Shown piece after piece: positions 38,957 through 48,199 of a stretch of 64,000 bases of DNA; positions within the stretch are counted from its first letter, which is position 1; each line of letters begins with the position of its first letter. Position numbers and translations under genes: made by a program. Origin of the DNA: Candidatus Krumholzibacteriota bacterium (GTDB lineage: Bacteria; Krumholzibacteriota; Krumholzibacteriia; JAJRXK01); NCBI GenBank assembly GCA_029262065.1, contig JAJDAC010000022.1:251982-315981 (forward strand), in the 5' to 3' direction. Below the pieces are notes generated by a model. It was given only the letters and a program-made list of their open reading frames with translations. It was not told the origin of the DNA and did no database searches.

Positions 38957-39210
38957 TGCGCCTGGCTCTAGTCCACTGGAACCACGCCACTTGCTGACCC
39001 ACCGCGACGCGCGCACGTCGCGGCGTAGCATTGCGTCGAATTGCCCGTGGTTGCCAAAGATACCGATCGCGCGGCGGGCTGCTTCCGACGCGCGCGGCCA
39101 GGTGTTACAATTGTCTGCGGTTTGAATCGTGGCCAAGAGTGGCCGCGTGCCTTCCTCCATTTTTGGATCCAACCCTCGTCTTTGGATCCAACAACAACCC
39201 GAGGTGATGC

Positions 39211-39849
39211 ATGACTCGTCGGACCAGGCGTTCGATGGTTTCGGTCGTAGCGCTCTTTGCGCTGGCCGTGACCGTCGCTCCAGCCTTCAGTTCCTCCGTG
39301 CTCCATCGCAACGTCGTCGACCTGATCGAGCTCTCTGAGCGGATCATCGTGGGCGAAGTGCTGGACGTATCCGATGGATTCGACAACAACGTTCCCTACA
39401 CCCAAGTCACCGTGCGCGTGGATGAGTCCATTCGCGGCGCCAACGGCGGCACCTACACATTTCGTCAGTTTGGGCTGATCGAGCCGCGGCCCATGGCCAA
39501 CGGCCAGGTCAATCTGAACGTGACGCCCGACGGATGGCCGCGCTACGAGGCCGGCCGCGAGATCATGCTGTTCCTCTATAAGCAGGCCGAAATGACTGGG
39601 CTGCAGACCACGGTTGGTCTGTTCCAGGGCAAGTTCGACATCCAGGACGGCCAGATCACCAACTTGAGTGACAACCAGGGGCTGTTCCAGAAGCTACGCC
39701 TCGACGGCGGCCTACTGGACGCCAAGGAGTCGGCACTGCTGAGTCACCAGGCCGGCCAGATCGACTCTGATACGTTCGTTTCCTTCGTAAAGAAGGCCGT
39801 CGACGGTCGCTGGGTCGAGCAGGGGAGGATGATCAATGCGCAACAGTAG
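39211..39849 (+). CDS. Small secreted hypothetical protein, translationally coupled to the downstream metzincin
   Basis: Signal peptide (MTRRTRRSMVSVVALFALAVTVAPAFS). 212 aa. The 3' end overlaps the start of the next gene by 14 nt. No family recognised. Confidence 0.4.
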   Translation: MTRRTRRSMVSVVALFALAVTVAPAFSSSVLHRNVVDLIELSERIIVGEVLDVSDGFDNNVPYTQVTVRVDESIRGANGGTYTFRQFGLIEPRPMANGQVNLNVTPDGWPRYEAGREIMLFLYKQAEMTGLQTTVGLFQGKFDIQDGQITNLSDNQGLFQKLRLDGGLLDAKESALLSHQAGQIDSDTFVSFVKKAVDGRWVEQGRMINAQQ

Positions 39850-42800
39850 CATCCTTCGCACCGCCGTCCTTCTCACGTGCCTCTTTGCGTCTACCGCGGC
39901 GTTCGCGGGCGGACCTCTCATTCTATTCGCGCCCAACGATCCGTGGAACTACCCGGTCGGCGGCGTAAACGTATACACGGACCTGGGCGGCATGGGCCCG
40001 CTCACCAATGCGCAGGCCGATGTACTGTCCGCGAACGGTTTCGCGCAGTGGACCGGCGTTGCCTCGTCGTTCTTCAATGCCACGGTGGCCGGTGACTTTT
40101 CCTCGGTGGGACTGCCCGACATTACCAACGCAAACGTGGCCACGGTCATTGGTGTCAATAACGGTGGTGGCTTCCACGTCATCTACGATACCGATGGCAC
40201 CATTACCACTGGCTTCCTGGGTGCGCCTCCCGGCGTACTGGGCGTCGCATCGCCCGATTTCGGAGCCGGTGGCATCCTGAGCGAAAGCTGGGCCGTCATG
40301 AACGGCGCGGCGGTAAACCCTGGTGATCCCGCGGGTCAGAGCTTCGGTGGCGTATTCACGCACGAGTTCGGCCACGGCATCAACATGGCGCACACGCAGA
40401 CCAACGGCCAGATCGTGTTCTTCGGCAATGCGATTACGCCGGCCGGCTGCGGCGGACCCTACGGAGGCTCGCCAACGTTTGCCCAGGTCGAAACCATGTA
40501 CCCGTTCATCGATCCCAGCCCCGGCAGCGTGGGCGTGCAGATGGCCACCATCGAGCACATCGATGACGTCTCGACGCTTTCGGATATCTACCCCACGGGT
40601 GGATGGCCGGCGGGAACGGGTACCATCAGCGGTACGATCTTCAACATCGATGGCACCACGCCCATCGGCGGCGTGAACGTAATCGCGCGTAACGTCGCGA
40701 ACGCGTTCACAGACGCTGTTTCGGCTCTTTCGGGTGACTTTACCCAGAGCGCGGCTGACGGCGCGTACACGTTGACGGGGCTGACGCCCGGCGCCAACTA
40801 CGTACTGTACGTCGACACCATCGTCGATGGCGGCTTCAGCCAGACCCCGGTGCAACCGCTACCGGGTCCGGAGGAATACTACAACGCGGGTGAGAGCAAC
40901 ACGCCGGTCGACGACCCCTGCGACTTCACCACCATATCAGTGGGTGCGGGCGCTACGGTTACACGGGACATCCAGCTGAACGGCGCGAACATTCCGCCGA
41001 CCATCTCGGTGAATCCCACGTCGTTGTCGTTCACCATCCCCACCAATACCAACGACAACGGCTTGCTGACCATCAGCAACATCGCCGCGGCCGGTGCGGA
41101 TGACCTGAACTGGACCATCGTGGATTCTGATCCCGTGACCACGCAGATCTTCCCCCTACCCACCGATCTTCCGATCGGCGGGGGCAAGGCCGCCGTGGGT
41201 CGCACGATCACCGATGATCCCACTCGCATGCGCTGCGCTACCTGTGGCAAGCCGCGCGATACCCAACCGTTCGATGGTGACTCTGGCCTGGCCAAGATGA
41301 ACCTGGTGAACGACGGTGGCTTCGAGCTGGGCACGGGTGGACCGTGGATCCAGTCGTCCACCAACTTCGGAACACCGTTGTGTGACTCCACCTGCGGTGT
41401 CGCCGGTGCCAATACCGGTGCCTGGTGGTGCTGGTTCGGCGGAATCGCCGCTTTCGAAGACGGCGCGGTGCGCCAGAGCGTGGTCTTCCCCGCCGGCGGT
41501 ACAATCTCGCTGGACTTCTTCGTTCTGCCCGGGGCGTGCGATTCGCCCGCGGACTTCGTGGAAGTGACCATCGATGGCACCCAGGTGTGGGTGCTCGACG
41601 GCTCGAGCGGACTGTGTGGCACTGCCACGTACAGCCCGGTCAGCGTGGATCTCTCCGCGTTCGCCGATGGTGCGGCCCACAACGTCCGTTTCCATTCGAC
41701 GATCTTCGCCAACAACGCGGGCGGATCGAATTTCTTCGTGGACGATGTCTCGATTACGCACACGCCGACCATTACGGACTGCGCGTGGTTGTCGGCGGCT
41801 CCGCTCGCGGGCACGACCGCGCAGGGTGGTTCCGACAACGTAACCGTGACCGTCGACTCGACGGGCCTGCCCGTAGGTGTCTACAACTGTAGCCTGCAGG
41901 TCAACAGCGACGACCCCGCGACGCCCCTGGTCACGGTTCCGGTTACGCTGAATGTCGTGGCCAGCGGTGTCGATGTCATCGTCACCACGTCCACGCCGTT
42001 ACCCGTCGCACTGAAGACCCTCCCCAGCGGATCCGGCGACACGTTCAACGCCGCCCAGGATTGGGACGGTGTCGTGGGATCAAGTCCCGCGGCGGTCGAT
42101 GCAACCGTAACGGTACAACTGCTGCAGGGCGGCGTACCGGTAGTAGGCCATCCGGCAAACCTGATGCTGGTTCAGGTAACGTCGCCAGGAAACTGGAACG
42201 GCTGCAATCAGAACTCGCCAGACGGACCAACGGACGTCAACGGTATCACGACTTTCTCCGGCGCACTCTCGGCCGGTGGAGTCACGTTGCCGGGCGCGTT
42301 CATGGAAGTCGCCGTGGGCGGCCTGACCATCAACAGCATCACCTACAACGGTGGTGCAACGCCGCTGGACATCCGTGTAATGAGCCCGGACATCGACGCC
42401 AATTTCACGGTGAACCTGGCCGACCTGGGTTTCTTTGCCACCGATTTCGCTGGGGCATACGCGTTCCGTAGCGATTTCCAGTGGAACGGTGTGCTGAACC
42501 TGGCCGATGTGGGCGTGTTCGCCACCGATTTCGGCGATGCCTGCACCACGATCGTTCCCGGTAATCCCACCGCATCCGGTGACATGATCGGTGTCTACTT
42601 CGATACCGCCGGCCGCAACCACGCGACCGACCTGGAGCCGGGGAAAGCCGTTACGGCCTATCTCATGCTGCAGGGACCGAGCGCTTCGAAGGGCATCGAC
42701 GCCTGGGATGCACAATTGGTCACCTCGTCGAACCTGGTCGTACGAAACGTAGTCTTGCCGCAGGGCTCGATCAACGTGGGCAGCGACCACGAGTTCGTCG

Positions 42801-43327
42801 TAGGGACGGGCGGTATGGTCGTACCCAAGGGAAAGCCCGCGGTACTGGCCACGCTGACGCTCGAGGTTACCGACAACAATCCCGCGAGCCTGTCGCTCAC
42901 GTCTTCCTCGCTGGCCCAGGGCGCTTCGCCCATCGTGGCCCGCGGCGAAGAGCTTCAGAGCGTTGCCCTTTCCATGGGCGAAGGCATGCCGGTGGCGTAC
43001 GTGAACGACGAGCACGCTCCGCGCAACGACGGCCTGCCGGTTCCGGCTACGCTGTCGCTCAGCAACGTGCCCAATCCGTTCAATCCGTCCACCGAGATCC
43101 GTTTCAACCTGCCCCGCGATGGTCGGGCTGAGGTCCGGATCTACGATGTGAGTGGCCGTCTGGTAAGCCAGCTCGACGGAGGTCTCATGACCGCCGGCGC
43201 GAGCGCCCTTACCTGGAACGGTGTGGATCATCGGGGAGCTGGCGTACGCAGCGGCTTGTATTTCTACCAGCTGCTGCTCGACGGTCAGAGCCTCGGGGAT
43301 ACAAAGAAGATGAACCTGGTCAAATAG
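39836..43327 (+). CDS. Large secreted metzincin-like zinc protease with carboxypeptidase-regulatory-like and dockerin-like modules and C-terminal T9SS type-A sorting domain
   Basis: GGGGAGG ribosome-binding site. Signal peptide. Zinc motif HEFGHGINMAH plus a Met-turn (ETMYP), matrixin-like. TISGTIFNIDGTTPIGGVNVIARN (CarbopepD_reg-like). Two dockerin-like repeats (DIDANFTVNLADLGFFATDF / NGVLNLADVGVFATDF). C-terminal NVPNPFNPSTEIRFNL..VRIYDVSGRLV..GLYFYQL..KKMNLVK. Confidence 0.6.
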   Translation: MRNSSILRTAVLLTCLFASTAAFAGGPLILFAPNDPWNYPVGGVNVYTDLGGMGPLTNAQADVLSANGFAQWTGVASSFFNATVAGDFSSVGLPDITNANVATVIGVNNGGGFHVIYDTDGTITTGFLGAPPGVLGVASPDFGAGGILSESWAVMNGAAVNPGDPAGQSFGGVFTHEFGHGINMAHTQTNGQIVFFGNAITPAGCGGPYGGSPTFAQVETMYPFIDPSPGSVGVQMATIEHIDDVSTLSDIYPTGGWPAGTGTISGTIFNIDGTTPIGGVNVIARNVANAFTDAVSALSGDFTQSAADGAYTLTGLTPGANYVLYVDTIVDGGFSQTPVQPLPGPEEYYNAGESNTPVDDPCDFTTISVGAGATVTRDIQLNGANIPPTISVNPTSLSFTIPTNTNDNGLLTISNIAAAGADDLNWTIVDSDPVTTQIFPLPTDLPIGGGKAAVGRTITDDPTRMRCATCGKPRDTQPFDGDSGLAKMNLVNDGGFELGTGGPWIQSSTNFGTPLCDSTCGVAGANTGAWWCWFGGIAAFEDGAVRQSVVFPAGGTISLDFFVLPGACDSPADFVEVTIDGTQVWVLDGSSGLCGTATYSPVSVDLSAFADGAAHNVRFHSTIFANNAGGSNFFVDDVSITHTPTITDCAWLSAAPLAGTTAQGGSDNVTVTVDSTGLPVGVYNCSLQVNSDDPATPLVTVPVTLNVVASGVDVIVTTSTPLPVALKTLPSGSGDTFNAAQDWDGVVGSSPAAVDATVTVQLLQGGVPVVGHPANLMLVQVTSPGNWNGCNQNSPDGPTDVNGITTFSGALSAGGVTLPGAFMEVAVGGLTINSITYNGGATPLDIRVMSPDIDANFTVNLADLGFFATDFAGAYAFRSDFQWNGVLNLADVGVFATDFGDACTTIVPGNPTASGDMIGVYFDTAGRNHATDLEPGKAVTAYLMLQGPSASKGIDAWDAQLVTSSNLVVRNVVLPQGSINVGSDHEFVVGTGGMVVPKGKPAVLATLTLEVTDNNPASLSLTSSSLAQGASPIVARGEELQSVALSMGEGMPVAYVNDEHAPRNDGLPVPATLSLSNVPNPFNPSTEIRFNLPRDGRAEVRIYDVSGRLVSQLDGGLMTAGASALTWNGVDHRGAGVRSGLYFYQLLLDGQSLGDTKKMNLVK

Positions 43328-43328
43328 C

Positions 43329-43452
43329 CGCGCGAACTCGATAGCCGCGCACCACCATTGTGGAACGCGCGGCTATCTTCCGCGCGAACTAGATAGCCGC
43401 GCACCACCTTTGTGGAACGCGCGGCTATCTTCCGCGCGAACTAGATCACAAC
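43329..43452. repeat. Tandem 52-bp hairpin-forming repeat (2.4 copies) immediately after the metzincin stop codon
   Basis: Units at 43329-43380 and 43381-43432 differ at 3 positions, followed by a 20-nt partial third copy. Each unit carries inverted arms GATAGCCGCGC ... GCGCGGCTATC around a CCAC..GTGG core. Confidence 0.6.
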
Positions 43453-43455
43453 AGT

Positions 43456-43494
43456 CGAGCCCCTCGATCCACCGATCGAGGGGCTCTTTTCTTG
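43456..43494 (+). terminator. Rho-independent terminator (GAGCCCCTCGATC-cacc-GATCGAGGGGCTC + TTTTCTT)
   Basis: 13-bp perfect stem followed by a T-rich tract, downstream of the tandem repeats. Confidence 0.7.
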
Positions 43495-43537
43495 GCTGCG
43501 TGGCGGGAAGATCCGCATTTCTTTCCGCCGGGCTAAG

Positions 43538-44197
43538 CTACCCGAACCCCAGTACCGTCTTCCGACAGTAGAACGCCTCCGCGTAGCCCGACGCTGACCG
43601 ACACTCCATGCCCCTGAGCCGGGCCAGCGCCCGAAACGTCTCGGGCTCGAACCAGTCCTTGTTGCGCTGGGTCTGATACACCTTCATCAGAATAGCGATC
43701 TTGGCGTCCAATTGCTGACGCGTCACCGGCACGTAGGTACCTGGCTTTCCCAGGTCGCCGTCGTACTTGGGAATCTCGTATTCGAGAATCAGATGATCCC
43801 GAAACGTGTTCCACGTGAGCTCATTCACCAGACGGTGGTCCTGATGGGCGTCTTGTGAATAGTGGGTGAAGATCACGTCCGGCGAAGTACGCGCCTTGAG
43901 CGCCTCGAACTCACGCTTCACGTCGGCGTGTCGACTGGGAAGAAACCCATCCTCGAATTTCAGCGTTTCGATGTTCGTCGAGCTTGCCCCGGCCAGAAAC
44001 AGCGAGGCCGCTTGCTTGGCTTCAGAGCCGCGTTGGGAGTCTGACGTGAGAACCACCCAGTCCACGTGGACGGAGCCGTTCGCCTCCAGCAACGCCAACA
44101 GTGAACCCCCGGCCCCGATTTCGATGTCGTCTGCGTGCGCCCCCAGGCACAACACGCGAAGGGGACCCTGGGCCGCTGAAATACCAAGCCGCTGCAT
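43538..44197 (-). CDS. PIG-L/LmbE-family N-acetylglucosaminyl deacetylase
   Basis: Begins at the internal Met (MQRLGIS). VLCLGAHADDIEIGAGG (the PIG-L HxDD motif). ~219 aa. Last gene of the polysaccharide locus. Confidence 0.6.
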   Translation of the reverse strand: MQRLGISAAQGPLRVLCLGAHADDIEIGAGGSLLALLEANGSVHVDWVVLTSDSQRGSEAKQAASLFLAGASSTNIETLKFEDGFLPSRHADVKREFEALKARTSPDVIFTHYSQDAHQDHRLVNELTWNTFRDHLILEYEIPKYDGDLGKPGTYVPVTRQQLDAKIAILMKVYQTQRNKDWFEPETFRALARLRGMECRSASGYAEAFYCRKTVLGFG

Positions 44198-44202
44198 TGT
44201 TC

Positions 44203-44973
44203 CTACTTCCAGACCATCCAGGGAGTATCGCCGCGGGAATACATGTCTTCCAGATCCTGCCGGTCCTTGAAGGTGTCCATGCACTCCCAGAAACCGTCGT
44301 ACTCGTAGGTTACGAGTTCCCGCCGCGCGATCAAGCTCTGGAAGCCCTCTACCACCAAGTCGTCTTCGGCTCCCAGATGATCGAAAATCGAGGATTTCAG
44401 CACGAAGTAGCCGCAGTTGATGCGCAACGACCGGGACACGGGACGAATGTCCGTAACCAGGCCATCTGGCTGATTCTGAACGGCATGGAAGGTGGCCGTC
44501 GGGTGCACCGACACGAAACACGCCGTCTTGTCCTGTTTTCGCGCATAGTCTACATAGTCATCGAGGGGAAGGTCGGTCAACCCATCGCTGTAGTTGGCCA
44601 GAAACAACTCCTCGCCGTCCAGATGCTCGCGCACGGCCTGCAGACGCTGACCGATACTGGCGTTGGGCCCGGTGTCCACGAAGGTGATGTTCCAATCGCG
44701 CAGATCGTGAGACGCCAACTTCACGTTCGCTCCGTTGCCCGACATGACGAAATCGTTCGACATGCATTCGTTGTAGTTCAGGAAGAACTCCTTGATGGCA
44801 TCGCCGCGATACCCAAGGCAAAGCACGAAGTCAGTGTGGCCGTAGTGGGCGTAGTACTTCATGACGTGCCACAGAATGGGCAACTGACCAATGGGCACCA
44901 TGGGTTTGGGCAACGTATTCGAGTAGTCGCGCAGTCGCAATCCAAGACCACCGCAGAACAACACTACTTTCAT
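44203..44973 (-). CDS. rfbF: Glucose-1-phosphate cytidylyltransferase
   Basis: MKVVLFCGGLGLRLRDYSNTLPKPMVPIGQLPILWHVMKYY.. is the RfbF/DdhA signature. 256 aa. Confidence 0.85.
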   Translation of the reverse strand: MKVVLFCGGLGLRLRDYSNTLPKPMVPIGQLPILWHVMKYYAHYGHTDFVLCLGYRGDAIKEFFLNYNECMSNDFVMSGNGANVKLASHDLRDWNITFVDTGPNASIGQRLQAVREHLDGEELFLANYSDGLTDLPLDDYVDYARKQDKTACFVSVHPTATFHAVQNQPDGLVTDIRPVSRSLRINCGYFVLKSSIFDHLGAEDDLVVEGFQSLIARRELVTYEYDGFWECMDTFKDRQDLEDMYSRGDTPWMVWK

Positions 44974-44993
44974 CGCTCTTCGCTCCAGTTGGA

Positions 44994-46343
44994 TCAGTGC
45001 CGCCGCCGCATAGCCGGCTGTACGGGACGCCCATGAAGAAACTCGTGCACGTCGCCATCCAACGCTTCACGATACACCGCCAATGATGAATCAACCGCCT
45101 CGATGGTTCGGTCAATATCGTCGTCCGAATGCGAGTAGCTCACCACGAACGATGGGCCGAGAATGCCGCGACGAACCATCTGCTGCATGAACAGGGTGCG
45201 AAACAGCTGAGAGCGCTCACCCTGCGCGTCACACGTGGCGAACACGAGATTGCAATCGCGTCCCGACACCCAGAATGCCGATTCCAAGCCCCGTGCTCTC
45301 GCCACCTGTTCCACACCAAGGCGTAGACGCTGCCCCTGACGATGCAACCGCCCCACCACATCCTCGCTTTGGTATACATCGATGGTGGCCAGAGCCGCCG
45401 CCAGGCCCACACTTTCCGCCCCGTGTGTAGTCGATAGCAGAAACACACGCTCTCGGTCGTGATCGAAGCCACCCAGCTCCATGATGTGGCGCTTGCCGAC
45501 CAGAGCGGATATCGCGAAACCGTTACCCAGGCCCTTACCAAACGCCGACAGATCAGGATCCAGACCGTAGACCGCTTGTGCTCCGCCACGATGCCACCGG
45601 AACCCGGTAATCATCTCGTCCAGAATGAACACCGCGCCTTCACGACGGCATAGCTCCTGAACCCGCATCAGGAAGTTGTCGCCAGGAGGCGTCTCCCGTT
45701 CGGGTTCAAGGATTACGCAGGCCACCTGACCGGGGTTGGCCGCAAAGACTGCTTCGAGGCTGACGATATCGTTGTAGCGAAACGTCGCGGTAAGGTCGCG
45801 CGCCGCCGCGGGAATTCCCGCGTCCATGGGCGAGTGGCCAATGAACCAGTCGTTGTAGGAAAAGAACGGATGGTCGTGGCAGAACGCGACGAGTGGTCGC
45901 CCGGTATGCGCCCGCGCCAGGCGAATCGCGGCCGTGGTCACGGTGGAACCGTCCTTGGCGAACTTCACCTGCTCGGCACCGTCGATGAGCTCCAGGACCG
46001 CCTCGGCGCATTCCCCTTCCAGGGCCGCGGGACGAGTGTAGTTCGTGCCGTGGCTCAGCACCGCGGCCACGCGCTGGATAACCGGTTCATACGCGTGGCC
46101 CAACGTAACCGAGCGCAAACCCATGCCGTACTCGATGTATTCATTCCCGTCAGCGTCCCAGGCGTGACACCCATCGCCGCGTACGATCACGCCCGGGGCG
46201 TCCACGGGAAACTGGTCGTCGCCCTTGGCGTACGTGTGCGCGCCGCCGGGTATGAGCGCGCGGGCGCGCTGCCTGAGGCGCTCGCTCTCGTCGAGGACTC
46301 GCTTGTCGTCGCGATCGACCAAGTATCCTCCCACTCGTATCAA
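44994..46343 (-). CDS. Class-III (GSA aminomutase-like) PLP-dependent aminotransferase in sugar-modification context
   Basis: HemL-family architecture. ~449 aa. Embedded in a CDP-sugar locus. Confidence 0.65.
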   Translation of the reverse strand: MIRVGGYLVDRDDKRVLDESERLRQRARALIPGGAHTYAKGDDQFPVDAPGVIVRGDGCHAWDADGNEYIEYGMGLRSVTLGHAYEPVIQRVAAVLSHGTNYTRPAALEGECAEAVLELIDGAEQVKFAKDGSTVTTAAIRLARAHTGRPLVAFCHDHPFFSYNDWFIGHSPMDAGIPAAARDLTATFRYNDIVSLEAVFAANPGQVACVILEPERETPPGDNFLMRVQELCRREGAVFILDEMITGFRWHRGGAQAVYGLDPDLSAFGKGLGNGFAISALVGKRHIMELGGFDHDRERVFLLSTTHGAESVGLAAALATIDVYQSEDVVGRLHRQGQRLRLGVEQVARARGLESAFWVSGRDCNLVFATCDAQGERSQLFRTLFMQQMVRRGILGPSFVVSYSHSDDDIDRTIEAVDSSLAVYREALDGDVHEFLHGRPVQPAMRRRH

Positions 46344-47653
46344 ACGTCGAGCAGCAGGTCGTGCTGCACGAGGGTTTGGGCCACTTCGGCCAGAAGCTCT
46401 TCATCAAAACCAGAGCGCTCGGCAATGTCGGCCAGACAGTGCTTTCCATCGGAGTAGTTCAGCAACCACAACATCGCCCGCTCCTTGATGTTGGAGTCGC
46501 GATGCCCACCCCAGGCCGAGTAGAGCCCCCGGCGCCCCAACTGCGGCTCGCCACGGCCCAACGGGTTGCGGTAGCGAGGGGAAGAGTCGAACGCCACGAC
46601 CAGGCGAAGCAAAGCCTCGAGTGTTTCTTCCAACGACTCGCGCTGCACGAATGAAAGGTTGTCGAGTGAAGTGTGATACTCGGGGTAGGTTCCGTACGGC
46701 GTTCGGGACAGGCGCCCGACTGCGAGGTCAATGCCGGGGGATCCGTACTGGCGCTCATCGTAGCCGTCCGGCGTAAACGGAAGCACGCCGAAAGCAACAT
46801 TCATGTCCCGAAGCTGTCGCTCGATGAGCAGGTCCACCTCGGCCCCCGCCTGACGACTCTGCTTGTAGGTCAGCGGCCCTTTGTCACCCACGCCGGCCAC
46901 CACCAGCCCACCTCGGACCAATCCCAAGCGGGCCTCATTCTGGGCCAACCAGGTGAGAGCTCCAATGGTCCCCGGCGCGAACACAAAGCGGTACGAATAT
47001 TCCAACTTCATGTCGCGCAGCGCGCGCGCCAACTCGTGCAGGACCACCACGGCCGAAAGGTTGTCGTTTGCCAATGAAGGATGGCAGACGTGCGCCGAAA
47101 AAAGAAATTCGTCGTCGCGACGACCCTGAACCAAGCACTCTCCGTAGGTCAACGCTCCCTCTTCAAGCGAGCTGTCGATGCAAACCTCGTAGGTTTCGTC
47201 GGCCAACGACTCACGCTGATCGTGCGTCAGGCAGAATCCCCAGGCCTCGTGGTAGTACGATGTCTTGTACGGGATTGCTTGCGGCAGGCCTTCCAGGGAA
47301 TGCAGGTTGCCCTGCAATTCAGCCAGCGACATTTGCCGGCGCACCGGAATGCTATAGTTCACCACGTGCAGATTTGATTGCGTAAAGTCCACGACCTTCG
47401 CGCCATCGGCGCCCTTGATCCAGGCATCGCGAATATTCCACTCGCGCGGAACCGTCCAATCAAAGACCGGAGTACCCGTCGGCACCTCGGAAATTTCCAA
47501 CGGAAGGTCGGCCTGAAGGCCCCGCAATGTCTGTCGAACTCCGTCACCGGTTATGGAACGACACAGCGGATACAACCGTTTGATCAATTCGACCATTCGC
47601 TCACCGGCCGCATCGAGGTCGAAGGAATCCAGGGTATCGACGGGTAGTGTCAT
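46340..47653 (-). CDS. DUF4910-type aminopeptidase-like domain protein associated with sugar-modification loci
   Basis: Begins at MTLPVDTL; ATGA overlap with the upstream epimerase gene. M28/PA-like core (HPSLANDNLSAVVVLHEL). I recall this architecture co-occurring with class-III aminotransferases in polysaccharide clusters, but am not certain. Confidence 0.4.
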   Translation of the reverse strand: MTLPVDTLDSFDLDAAGERMVELIKRLYPLCRSITGDGVRQTLRGLQADLPLEISEVPTGTPVFDWTVPREWNIRDAWIKGADGAKVVDFTQSNLHVVNYSIPVRRQMSLAELQGNLHSLEGLPQAIPYKTSYYHEAWGFCLTHDQRESLADETYEVCIDSSLEEGALTYGECLVQGRRDDEFLFSAHVCHPSLANDNLSAVVVLHELARALRDMKLEYSYRFVFAPGTIGALTWLAQNEARLGLVRGGLVVAGVGDKGPLTYKQSRQAGAEVDLLIERQLRDMNVAFGVLPFTPDGYDERQYGSPGIDLAVGRLSRTPYGTYPEYHTSLDNLSFVQRESLEETLEALLRLVVAFDSSPRYRNPLGRGEPQLGRRGLYSAWGGHRDSNIKERAMLWLLNYSDGKHCLADIAERSGFDEELLAEVAQTLVQHDLLLDV

Positions 47654-48189
47654 GATCCGCTCGCGGAAAAATCGGGGTAGCCAGCATCGCGATCGGAGAT
47701 CACGCGTACCGAGGTTGGCCACTCGATGCCAAAGGCCGGGTCGTCGTAGCGCACGCCCTCAGCCACGTCAGGCGTGTAGAAATTGGACATTTGGTAGAAG
47801 ACCTCGACATCGTCTTCCAGCGTCAGGAATCCGTGGTGCACGCCGCTGGGAAGGTAGAACATCCGGCCATTCACCGCGGAAAGCTTGAAACCCTGGTGCC
47901 GCAGGTACGTGGGCGACTTGCGCCGAAGGTCAAGCGCCACGTCGAACATCGACCCTCGGGCACAACGCACCAACTTCGCTTCGCCGTGCGGCGCTCGTTG
48001 CCGATGCATGCCCCGCAACGTACCACGCTCCCGATTCGTGCTGATGTTGCACTGCGCAACAACCGCTTCCATCCCATGACTTTCAAATTCGCGTGCACAG
48101 AACGACCGTGCGAACGATCCCCGCTCGTCGACAAACGACTCCAACTCGATGAGGAAGGCCCCGTCGACCTGGGTGCGATGGAACTTCAC
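47650..48189 (-). CDS. dTDP-4-dehydrorhamnose 3,5-epimerase-like cupin (RfbC family; probably acting on a CDP-4-keto-6-deoxy sugar)
   Basis: Proposed GTG start (VKFHRTQVDGAFLIELESFVDERGSFARSF..) with a GAGGT ribosome-binding site. Rml-type double-stranded beta-helix motifs. The long ORF extension to 48297 would overlap the methyltransferase gene. Confidence 0.6.
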   Translation of the reverse strand: MKFHRTQVDGAFLIELESFVDERGSFARSFCAREFESHGMEAVVAQCNISTNRERGTLRGMHRQRAPHGEAKLVRCARGSMFDVALDLRRKSPTYLRHQGFKLSAVNGRMFYLPSGVHHGFLTLEDDVEVFYQMSNFYTPDVAEGVRYDDPAFGIEWPTSVRVISDRDAGYPDFSASGS

Positions 48190-48199
48190 GGCCTGGACC

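Noticed and set aside
39150-39190. Direct repeat TTTGGATCCAAC x2 upstream of the small secreted ORF at 39211.
   Set aside because: A short 12-bp repeat with a GGATCC core could be a regulator half-site pair, but a single occurrence of a short repeat is within chance expectation.
43329-43452. Tandem 52-bp repeats as integron attC sites or a CRISPR array.
   Set aside because: There are no GTTRRRY / RYYYAAC core sites and no unique spacers between repeats; the units abut directly. There is no cas gene or integrase nearby.
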